From positions 2,556 through 66,555 of the forward strand of contig VGKT01000001.1 in NCBI GenBank assembly GCA_016866955.1: a DNA stretch of 64,000 bases, in the 5' to 3' direction. The DNA comes from Candidatus Pacearchaeota archaeon (lineage in GTDB: Archaea > Nanobdellota > Nanobdellia > Pacearchaeales > GW2011-AR1). Both the position numbers and the translations under genes were made by a program. Every line of letters starts with the position of its first letter. Position 1 is the stretch's first letter. The notes under the pieces are model-generated. The model had not been told where the DNA came from. It did not search any database and saw only the letters and a list, made by a program, of their open reading frames with translations. Positions 42,453 to 50,581 of the stretch are shown here, piece after piece.

Positions 42453-43163
42453 ATGGTCAAAACACTCTCTTGTATTATCCCTGCGTATAATGAACATAAA
42501 ACCCTTCCTACAATAATCCATACCCTTGCTTCTCTTTCATTACCTCGGATAGACATTGAATTACTCTTGATTGATGATGGAAGCACTGATGCTACTCCCC
42601 AGATTACCCGGGCACTACAACAGAACTATCCCCAGTTACGTGTCTATCGACATGCGGTCAATCAAGGAAAGGGGGCGAGTTTGCGAACAGGTATTGCTCA
42701 TGCAAAGGGAGACTTTCTTTTGTTTCAAGATGCAGATTTAGAATATACTCCAAACGATATTCCTCGATTAGTTGCTTTTCTGATTGAAACAAATGGAGAG
42801 GTCGTGTATGGTTCACGATTTAATTCAGTGAATCACTTTAATTCTTTTTTACAGTTTTTTGGTAATCGCTTCCTAACTTTTCTTACTAACCTCTTATATG
42901 GATCTCGACTTACCGATATGGAAACGGGATATAAATTACTTCGACGTTCTGCCTTGCGAGGCATTACCTTACGAGAGAAGGGATTTGGTATTGAACCTGA
43001 ACTTACCGCGCAATTATTAGTGCATCATCGCCGTATCCTTGAATTTCCCATTTCTTATCGTGCACGTACCAAGGGTAAAAAACTGCATTATCTTCGCGAT
43101 GGATTACGCGCAGTCTGGATCCTATTTTTAGGGAGAATAAAAGGGAGAAAACGTATAAAATAA
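42453..43163 (+). CDS. family 2 glycosyltransferase (dolichyl-phosphate sugar synthase-like)
   Basis: SCIIPAYNE...IDDGSTD...QDADLEY. Confidence 0.85.
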   Translation: MVKTLSCIIPAYNEHKTLPTIIHTLASLSLPRIDIELLLIDDGSTDATPQITRALQQNYPQLRVYRHAVNQGKGASLRTGIAHAKGDFLLFQDADLEYTPNDIPRLVAFLIETNGEVVYGSRFNSVNHFNSFLQFFGNRFLTFLTNLLYGSRLTDMETGYKLLRRSALRGITLREKGFGIEPELTAQLLVHHRRILEFPISYRARTKGKKLHYLRDGLRAVWILFLGRIKGRKRIK

Positions 43164-43182
43164 AATTGCTTCTTTCTTAAAC

Positions 43183-43866
43183 ATGGTCCTCATAACATTT
43201 CTTATGCCTACACTTAATGAAGAAGAAAGTATTGAAGCAACTATTCGTACAATTCCTCTTCGAAAACTACAACAAGCTGGATATCGTGTTGAAGTTTTGG
43301 TTGTAGATGGAGGGAGCACCGATAAAACAGTTACCTTGGCACAAAAAGCAGGGGCGCGTGTTATTAAAAGTGAACGAGGATATGGAAAACAATATCAGTT
43401 TGGATTAAAACGGGCTAAAGGAGAAATTATCATCACGGGCGATTCTGATGGAACGTATCCGTTTGAAGATGCCCTAAGGTATATTAAGATATTTGAAACT
43501 CGAAACTTTGATTTTGTAACTATTAATCGTTTTGCACATCTTGAAAAAAATGCCATGTCTCCCCTTACACAAATTGGAAACTTGGGGCTTACTTTTTGGA
43601 CTTTTTTATTGTTTGGCCTTCCTATTCGAGATTCCCAAAGTGGGATGTGGATTATCCGTAAAACTATTCTTAAACAAATTCTTGGTCACTCATCAGGCAT
43701 GTCTTTTAGTCAAGAGCTTAAAATTAATGCATTTCGGCGAGTAAGAAGTGCTGAACTACCCGGAAGATATAAAATTAGATTGGGAGAAACAAAACTTCTC
43801 AAGTGGAAGGATGGTTGGGGAAATTTAAAGCACTTATTTAGCATGCGAATAAAGAGCAATAGATAG
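43183..43866 (+). CDS. family 2 glycosyltransferase
   Basis: LMPTLNEEESI...VVDGGSTD...GDSDGTYP. Confidence 0.8.
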   Translation: MVLITFLMPTLNEEESIEATIRTIPLRKLQQAGYRVEVLVVDGGSTDKTVTLAQKAGARVIKSERGYGKQYQFGLKRAKGEIIITGDSDGTYPFEDALRYIKIFETRNFDFVTINRFAHLEKNAMSPLTQIGNLGLTFWTFLLFGLPIRDSQSGMWIIRKTILKQILGHSSGMSFSQELKINAFRRVRSAELPGRYKIRLGETKLLKWKDGWGNLKHLFSMRIKSNR

Positions 43867-43896
43867 TTTTTTATACCCCTTCTTTGGGCATTTTGT

Positions 43897-44844
43897 ATGT
43901 CTAAACAAATAGTCATTACTGGAGGAGCAGGATTCATAGGAAGCCACTTTGTTGAACGCACTCTCTCCGATTTATCTTTAGGTCGTCCTTTAGTTATTGA
44001 TGCACTCACTTATGCTGGAAATAGAGCAAATCTTCCTGGACAACCTAAGGATTACGATTTTTTTCAAGGAGATATTACTGATTTTGATACTATGATTAAA
44101 TTGATACAGCCAGGAGATACAATTGTTCATCTTGCTGCTGAATCTCATGTAGATCGTTCAATAACGGGACCACTCGTTTTTACAAAAACCAATACACTTG
44201 GCACACATACGCTTCTTGAAGTTGCTCGTCAGAAAAAAGCAGGACGATTTCTTTTTGTTTCTACTGATGAAGTATATGGCTCTTTAGGACCAAACGATTC
44301 ACCATCCATAGAAACTTCCCCTTTTTGTCCTCGATCTCCTTATAGTGCAAGTAAAGCAGCTGCAGACCATCTCGTACAAGCATATCATGAAACATTTGGT
44401 ATTGATACAGTGATTACTCGTGGTTCCAATACTTATGGTCCTCGTCAATACCCTGAAAAACTTATTCCTCTTTTCTGCAAAAGATTATCCGAGGGGAAAA
44501 AAGTTCCAGTATATGGGGAAGGAACAAATATTCGAGATTGGTTACATGTCAAAGATCATGTTGAGGGAATCTTTGCTGTTCTTACTCAAGGTCAGTCAGG
44601 TCAAGCATATAATATTGGAGGAGGAAATGAAATGAGAAATATTGATCTTACTCGGTTAATTCTTGCTCATTTTGGTAGAGGAGATGAAAGTATGGCATTT
44701 GTAGAAGATAGAAAAGGACACGATTTTAGATATTCTTTAGATTGTTCTAAAGCTAAAGCACTTGGTTGGAAACCAAAAATTCCATTTAACGAAGGACTTA
44801 CACAAACTTTAGATTGGTATCGACAAAGAGAGGTACACCCATGA
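43897..44844 (+). CDS. rfbB: dTDP-glucose 4,6-dehydratase
   Basis: ITGGAGFIGSHF, STDEVYG, YSASKAAADHL, NIRDWLHV. Confidence 0.9.
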   Translation: MSKQIVITGGAGFIGSHFVERTLSDLSLGRPLVIDALTYAGNRANLPGQPKDYDFFQGDITDFDTMIKLIQPGDTIVHLAAESHVDRSITGPLVFTKTNTLGTHTLLEVARQKKAGRFLFVSTDEVYGSLGPNDSPSIETSPFCPRSPYSASKAAADHLVQAYHETFGIDTVITRGSNTYGPRQYPEKLIPLFCKRLSEGKKVPVYGEGTNIRDWLHVKDHVEGIFAVLTQGQSGQAYNIGGGNEMRNIDLTRLILAHFGRGDESMAFVEDRKGHDFRYSLDCSKAKALGWKPKIPFNEGLTQTLDWYRQREVHP

Positions 44845-45701
44845 GTCTTGATCGTCCTTTAATCTTGGGAAAAGGATATGTTTCATCTTTTTTCAAAGCC
44901 AAACTTCCTCAAGCAATACATCATCAGGAAAAAATTAGATCTTTGCAAGATGCTCAAGAGCTCTGTTCGTCTTTTCAACCAACCCATATTATAAACTGCG
45001 CAGGAATTACTGGAAAACCGAATGTTGATTGGTGTGAAAGCCATGCTTCTGAAACCTATTTTGGGAACGTTATTCTTCCTTTGTTCCTTGCCTCAGTAAC
45101 TACCAAGCAAGGAATTCATTTAACTCATGTTGGAAGTGGTTGTATTTATGAAGGAAATAACAACGGACAAGGGTTTAGTGAAGAAGATGCTCCGAATTTT
45201 TCAGGAAGTCTATATAGCCGAAGTAAAGCCGTTGCTGAACGAGTACTCCAAGATTTCCCTGTGCTTCAGGTTCGTTTACGTATGCCTCTTGATTCAGTAC
45301 CTCATCCAAGAAATTTGCTTACCAAGCTTTTGAATTATGCTGAACAAGGAAATCCTATAGTTTCTGCTTTAAATTCAATTAGTTATTTACCTGATTTTAC
45401 TCATGCAACACTTGCACTGATGGATCGAGGAAAGACTGGGATTTACAATATCGTTAATCCTGGTGCGATTACTCATGAAGAATTGCTTAACGCTTATTTT
45501 TCTCAATTTGGTCTGCCCCCATCCCCTATTCGTTTTATCTCCCCCGGAGACTTGGATAAGTTGACTGCTGCCCGTCGTTCAAACTGCGTACTTTCAGATG
45601 ATAAACTTGCACAAGAGATTGGAAGTAGGCTTCCAAATCTAAAAGAAAATTTAGTTCAAATAATTACAGAATATGGTGCCCACCAGAGGAAAGTTCAATG
45701 A
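44841..45701 (+). CDS. NRS/ER-like bifunctional 4-keto-6-deoxyhexose 3,5-epimerase/4-reductase (rhamnose synthase C-terminal type)
   Basis: PTHIINCAGITGKPNVDWCESHASET, EEDAPNFSGSLYSRSKAVAERVL, LQVRLRMPLDSVPHPRNLLTKLL and ARRSNCVLSDDKL parallel the plant NRS/ER motifs. ATGA overlaps on both sides. Confidence 0.7.
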   Translation: MSLDRPLILGKGYVSSFFKAKLPQAIHHQEKIRSLQDAQELCSSFQPTHIINCAGITGKPNVDWCESHASETYFGNVILPLFLASVTTKQGIHLTHVGSGCIYEGNNNGQGFSEEDAPNFSGSLYSRSKAVAERVLQDFPVLQVRLRMPLDSVPHPRNLLTKLLNYAEQGNPIVSALNSISYLPDFTHATLALMDRGKTGIYNIVNPGAITHEELLNAYFSQFGLPPSPIRFISPGDLDKLTAARRSNCVLSDDKLAQEIGSRLPNLKENLVQIITEYGAHQRKVQ

Positions 45702-46576
45702 AGGGAATCATTTTAGCAGGAGGAGCAGGAAGCAGATTGTACCCGCTTACCCTCGTTGCAAGTAAACAACTTCAACCCGTGTATGATAAACCGATGGTTT
45801 ATTATCCCCTTTCAACTCTTTTAGAACAAGGCGTAGCCGACATTGCTTTAATTTCAACTCCCCAGGATTTACCAAGATTTAAGCAATTATTAGGTTCAGG
45901 AGAGCGTTTTGGAGTTACTTTTACTTATATTGAACAACCTAAGCCTGAAGGTATCGCTCAAGCATTTATCCTTGCTGAACAATTTATTGATAATGAGCCT
46001 GTTTCTCTTATTTTAGGAGATAATTTGTTTAGTGGTGGAGAGTCGACTATTCGTGCAGCTTATCAAACGTTTAAAGGAGGGGCACGCCTTTTTGCATATC
46101 CTGTTGATGATGCACAACGATACGGAGTACTTTCTTTTGAACCTGATGGAAAGTTATCAAAAATTGTGGAAAAACCCAGTATTCCCCCAAGTAGATATGC
46201 TGTTCCCGGCCTTTACCTCTATGATTCTTCAGTAGTTCAACGTGCTAAAGCTCTTCAACCTTCTAAGCGAGGAGAACTTGAGATAACCGATTTAAACAAT
46301 ACCTATATAACTGAAGGTCTTGCTCAAGTTCTATTCTTTGAAAGAGGTTTTGCATGGCTTGATGCTGGAACAAGTACCAGTTTACATGACGCTTCAGCAT
46401 ATGTTCAAACAATAGAACGAAGACAAGGGATAAAATTAGGTTGCCCAGAAGAAGCAGCCTTTAGAGCAGGCCTTCTTTCTACTGAAAAATTTAGCCAAGA
46501 ACTAGAAAAAATTCCCCGTTCTGAATATCGTGATTATCTTGAGCGAATCCTTCTTCACCACCCTAAAAGAACTTAA
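45698..46576 (+). CDS. rfbA: glucose-1-phosphate thymidylyltransferase
   Basis: MKGIILAGGAGSRLYPLT...KQL.PVYDKPMVYYPL...GDN. Confidence 0.9.
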   Translation: MKGIILAGGAGSRLYPLTLVASKQLQPVYDKPMVYYPLSTLLEQGVADIALISTPQDLPRFKQLLGSGERFGVTFTYIEQPKPEGIAQAFILAEQFIDNEPVSLILGDNLFSGGESTIRAAYQTFKGGARLFAYPVDDAQRYGVLSFEPDGKLSKIVEKPSIPPSRYAVPGLYLYDSSVVQRAKALQPSKRGELEITDLNNTYITEGLAQVLFFERGFAWLDAGTSTSLHDASAYVQTIERRQGIKLGCPEEAAFRAGLLSTEKFSQELEKIPRSEYRDYLERILLHHPKRT

Positions 46577-46600
46577 AAACTGCGCTTTCTTTTGAAGAAG

Positions 46601-47374
46601 ATGGTTTTAAAAAAATATATGGTCTTGGTGGTAGCATATAACGCTCAATCGACCATAATTGATCTTTTACATCGAATCCCTCAAAAAGTTTGGGAAACCG
46701 CTGAAGAAATTGTAATTGCAGACGATGCTTCTCGAGATAATACTACTTCAGTTGCTTATGATTATAAAAAAGCCCATCATCGAAAACAATTGACCATTAT
46801 CAAACATAAAGTAAACAAAGGATATGGGGGAAATCAAAAATGGGGTTATACTTATGCTATACGAAAAGGATATGATGCTGTAGTAATGGTTCATGGAGAT
46901 GCCCAATACCCTCCTGAACAGATTCTTCAACTTGTCTCCCCTATTTTAAAAGGAAAAAAGGACTTTGTCTTTGGTTCTCGTATGACTGGAAACCCATTAC
47001 GTGGGGGCATGCCCCTCTATAAATACTTAGGGAATATTTTTCTAACGACTCTTGAAAATCTTATTCTAAATACAAATTTAAGCGAATTCCATTCAGGTTT
47101 TCGAGCATACTCGACAAAGGCATTACAAAAAATACCGCTCCCTTTAACTTCAAATGTTTTTCATTTTGATTCAGAAATAATTATCCAATTAGTTGTTATA
47201 CACGCGCGATTTGGCGAAATAACAATTCCCACAAAATATGGTAATGAGAAATCTCATGTCAAAGTCATCCCTTATGGTTTAAATATTCTTAAGGAACTTT
47301 TTCTTTATCTAGTTACTAAATATCGAATATATACTGTTGAAAAATACCTCCCTCTGGAGGAAATCTCCCCTTGA
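46601..47374 (+). CDS. family 2 glycosyltransferase
   Basis: VVAYNAQSTI...ADDASRDNT...VHGDAQYPPE. Start ambiguous (TTG 46592, ATG 46601 or ATG 46619). Confidence 0.8.
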   Translation: MVLKKYMVLVVAYNAQSTIIDLLHRIPQKVWETAEEIVIADDASRDNTTSVAYDYKKAHHRKQLTIIKHKVNKGYGGNQKWGYTYAIRKGYDAVVMVHGDAQYPPEQILQLVSPILKGKKDFVFGSRMTGNPLRGGMPLYKYLGNIFLTTLENLILNTNLSEFHSGFRAYSTKALQKIPLPLTSNVFHFDSEIIIQLVVIHARFGEITIPTKYGNEKSHVKVIPYGLNILKELFLYLVTKYRIYTVEKYLPLEEISP

Positions 47375-49185
47375 AATTTATAGATTCATTCGTTAATTCT
47401 TTTTTTTTATTACTATTCGATAAAAATAAGAAAATTCAAAGAATATTATTTTTATTAGTGATTATTGGTTTTATCTTAAGATTAATTGCTGCAATAAATT
47501 TAGATGCATTTGCCGATGATATGATTTATGCTTCACAGAGTGCAGGAATACTTGATTCAGGATATCTTTCAACACACTCTAACCCTCCCCTCTATTTCTA
47601 TTTCACAGATATTTTTTACTCAATATTAGGTTATTCCCCTTTGGTTTCACGCATCGCTCCCCTTATTTTTGGTACATTTTTAATTATTTTAGTGTTCCTT
47701 TTGATGAAAGAGTTTTTTGATGAACGTTTAGCGTTAGCTTCTGCATTTTTTGTAACATTCTCGAATTTCTTGATACGAATGACTTTTTCTGAACAGACAT
47801 TGGTTCTTCTTTTCTTTTGCTTCAGTGGAATTTACTTTAGCTTAACTTACCTTAAAAAGAAAACTTTTGCCCCTTTAATATTTGCAGCCATTTCTTTTGG
47901 ACTAGGACTTCTTACTAAATATAACGCCCCCTTTTTTATTTTTGCTTTTATTATTTATATTTTTCTTTTCTTTAAAAAAGAAACATATAAAGAAATTCCT
48001 AAAAAACAAATTTTTACTTTTATTGCGCTCTTAGCTCTTTTTGCTCTCCCAATTATTCTTTTCAATATATTTATTTATAATCAAAATCAAATTGTTGATG
48101 TTTATGTAAGTAGAGTTATTCCTGTTGAAAAGGCTCAAATATTATTTAGTGGTCTTGCTGGTCAAGATCAGAGTTTCTTTGATAATCTTTTAAATCCTGC
48201 CATGTACTCAAATTATTCCCTTGTTTGGCATACCGATTTTCTACTCTGTTTGATGGGACTCGTAGGCGTTTTACTTGCATTCATTAAGAAAGAGAATAAA
48301 TTTCTGCTCCTTTTTATTTGTCTTCTTATTATTCCTTTTTTTCTCCAATCAGGAGGAAGTGCATTACAAAAGCATTTTGCCTTTATGCATCTTCTTTTTG
48401 CTCTCCCCGCCGGATATGCTCTTTCAACATTTTTGAAAAAAATAAGCTCATTCAAATATTATAAAATTTTTACCTTTTTCTTTTTCTTATTTTTGCTTAT
48501 TTTATTGTCCTTCAATTTAGGAGTTAGAGAAGGAACGCCTGAAAATCTTTTTCAAAAGAGTGCAACAAGCCAATTAAAAGAGTTTATTTCTGAAACAGTT
48601 AAAGATAAGGACCTACTTATTTTTGATAATCGTATTTATACCTCAAAAATATTTTGGTTTGCTATTCCTCACCATTTCACTACTATTGATCAATTTAACC
48701 AAATTTATGGATTAAATAAAAATCCTAGCTCTTCACCACTTTTAACAAAAGTACACTTTATTGAATGTATGATTGATGATTGCGGTTGGGGTTGGATTCA
48801 TGAAAATAAAGAATTTAATCAAAGTATTGAAAACCTTTTCTCAAATATTCGAGTAGAAGACCCTTTCCCTAAGATAATCAAATCTAGAGAAGCAGTTACT
48901 CATGAATTTAAATCTCCAGGTACTGAACGAGAGGTTTATAGAATTTATACTTTGACTTTGCCAATTGAACAGAGAGTTTATTCTCAAATTGATAAATCAA
49001 ATAAGTTCTATTTTGTTTCTTATTTATATCTAAATGAAGAAGATTCTCCTTTTCATTATTCTAATTCTGGATTTCTCAAGCAGATTGAACTCTTTGGACT
49101 TTATTTTCTTTATTTAAGTCTTTTATTGCCTTTCTATCTCCTATACTTACTCTTAAAAGAAACGTTCTTTACTGAAAACAAATAA
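47371..49185 (+). CDS. GT-C fold membrane glycosyltransferase (PMT/ArnT, GT39/GT83-like)
   Basis: At least 10 TM segments. The first loop has DAFADDMIYASQS (a DE/DD..Y motif). TTG start overlaps the upstream stop. AT-rich. Confidence 0.7.
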   Translation: MKFIDSFVNSFFLLLFDKNKKIQRILFLLVIIGFILRLIAAINLDAFADDMIYASQSAGILDSGYLSTHSNPPLYFYFTDIFYSILGYSPLVSRIAPLIFGTFLIILVFLLMKEFFDERLALASAFFVTFSNFLIRMTFSEQTLVLLFFCFSGIYFSLTYLKKKTFAPLIFAAISFGLGLLTKYNAPFFIFAFIIYIFLFFKKETYKEIPKKQIFTFIALLALFALPIILFNIFIYNQNQIVDVYVSRVIPVEKAQILFSGLAGQDQSFFDNLLNPAMYSNYSLVWHTDFLLCLMGLVGVLLAFIKKENKFLLLFICLLIIPFFLQSGGSALQKHFAFMHLLFALPAGYALSTFLKKISSFKYYKIFTFFFFLFLLILLSFNLGVREGTPENLFQKSATSQLKEFISETVKDKDLLIFDNRIYTSKIFWFAIPHHFTTIDQFNQIYGLNKNPSSSPLLTKVHFIECMIDDCGWGWIHENKEFNQSIENLFSNIRVEDPFPKIIKSREAVTHEFKSPGTEREVYRIYTLTLPIEQRVYSQIDKSNKFYFVSYLYLNEEDSPFHYSNSGFLKQIELFGLYFLYLSLLLPFYLLYLLLKETFFTENK

Positions 49186-49214
49186 TTTTTAAAGCTTCGA
49201 AAAATAAATAGTGC

Positions 49215-49592
49215 GTGTATCTCCCCCATAAAATTTATCGAGTTCTTGAAAAAAATAGTTCCCTTTTATGCATTGATTTATTTATTGTTGATTCAGTTAA
49301 GCAACCAAAAAAATTATTAGCAATCAAGCGAGCTCAAGAACCAGGAAAAGGATTATGGTTCCAACCGGGGGGAAGAATTTACAAAAATGAATCCATCTCA
49401 CAAGCAGCAATTCGGAAAGCAAAAGAAGAACTAGGGGTTGATGTTACTCTTGGTCCTTTTATTGGAACATATCGAAATTTCTTCATGCCGGGCCATCGTC
49501 AGAACCCTTCTGGAACAGATGCTTTAAAATATAAAACTTATTCATTTAACTTTAAATTTTATCGATATAAAAGAATAAATAACCTTAAATAG
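49215..49592 (+). CDS. Nudix hydrolase, GDP-mannose mannosyl hydrolase-like
   Basis: LLAIKRAQEPGKGLWFQPGGRIYKNESISQAAIRKAKEELGV parallels E. coli Gmm ([40 protein letters not shown]). GTG start. Confidence 0.7.
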   Translation: MYLPHKIYRVLEKNSSLLCIDLFIVDSVKQPKKLLAIKRAQEPGKGLWFQPGGRIYKNESISQAAIRKAKEELGVDVTLGPFIGTYRNFFMPGHRQNPSGTDALKYKTYSFNFKFYRYKRINNLK

Positions 49593-49612
49593 TGTGTAAG
49601 AAGGAGAGATTC

Positions 49613-50581
49613 ATGAAGAAAATTGCAGTTACCGGAGCAGGAGGATTTATAGGCCACCACCTAGTTAGAGCATTAAAAAAAAGAGGTATGTGGGTTAGAG
49701 GGTTAGATATAAAGAAACCTCTTTTTAGTGATTCTGAAGCAGATGAATTTTGGTTTGTTGATTTGAGAAATAGGGAGGTTGCTCTCAAAATATTTGAAGA
49801 CATCGATGAAATTTATGCTTTGGGCTCCGATGTTGGAGGTGTTGGACACCTATCAAGATGGAATTATGAGATTATTAAAAATAATCTTGAAATAGATACA
49901 AATACTTTTCAGGGAGCATTGAAAAGTAAAGGGAAAAAAATATTATATGTTAGTTCTGCTTGCGTTTATCCCCTCCATAGACAAGATTCTGATAAAATTC
50001 AACCACTTAAAGAAGAAGAAGCTATTCCGGCTAACCCTGAAGGAGCCTATGGTTGGGAAAAATTGATTTCTGAACAAATGTTAACTCATGCCTCTAAAGA
50101 TGCTGGATGCGAGGTAAGAATTGCTAGATTTCAGAACATCTATGGTCCAGAAGAGATATTTGATGGGGGTAGAGAGAAAGTTATCGGGGCATTATGTAGA
50201 AAAGTTGCAATGGCGGAATTGAATGATGAAGTTGAAATTTGGGGAGATGGTCAACAAAGAAGAAGTTTTTGTTATGTTGAAGATGCTGTTGAAGGACTGA
50301 TAGAGTTAATGAATAGCAATTATTCTGAACCTTTAAATTTAAGTGATGATGGGGATATAAGTATAGGAGAAGTTTTTAATTTTCTCAATATTTTGTCTGG
50401 TAAAAACCTTAAATTAAAAAATATTCCTGGCCCAACAGGAGTTAAAGGTAGACAGTCAGACAATGAAAAAAGAAAAGCTATCTTAAAATGGGCTCCTAAA
50501 ACCGATCTTAAATCTGGACTTGCAAAAACCTACTTTTGGGTTGATGCAACCATAAAATCAAAGAAATATGCTCAAAAATAA
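49613..50581 (+). CDS. GDP-mannose 3,5-epimerase-like SDR
   Basis: VTGAGGFIGHH, SSACVYP, PEGAYGWEKL, GGREKVIGALCRK, WGDGQQRRSF and IPGPTGVKGRQSDN parallel plant GME motifs. Start trimmed to ATG 49613. Confidence 0.72.
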   Translation: MKKIAVTGAGGFIGHHLVRALKKRGMWVRGLDIKKPLFSDSEADEFWFVDLRNREVALKIFEDIDEIYALGSDVGGVGHLSRWNYEIIKNNLEIDTNTFQGALKSKGKKILYVSSACVYPLHRQDSDKIQPLKEEEAIPANPEGAYGWEKLISEQMLTHASKDAGCEVRIARFQNIYGPEEIFDGGREKVIGALCRKVAMAELNDEVEIWGDGQQRRSFCYVEDAVEGLIELMNSNYSEPLNLSDDGDISIGEVFNFLNILSGKNLKLKNIPGPTGVKGRQSDNEKRKAILKWAPKTDLKSGLAKTYFWVDATIKSKKYAQK

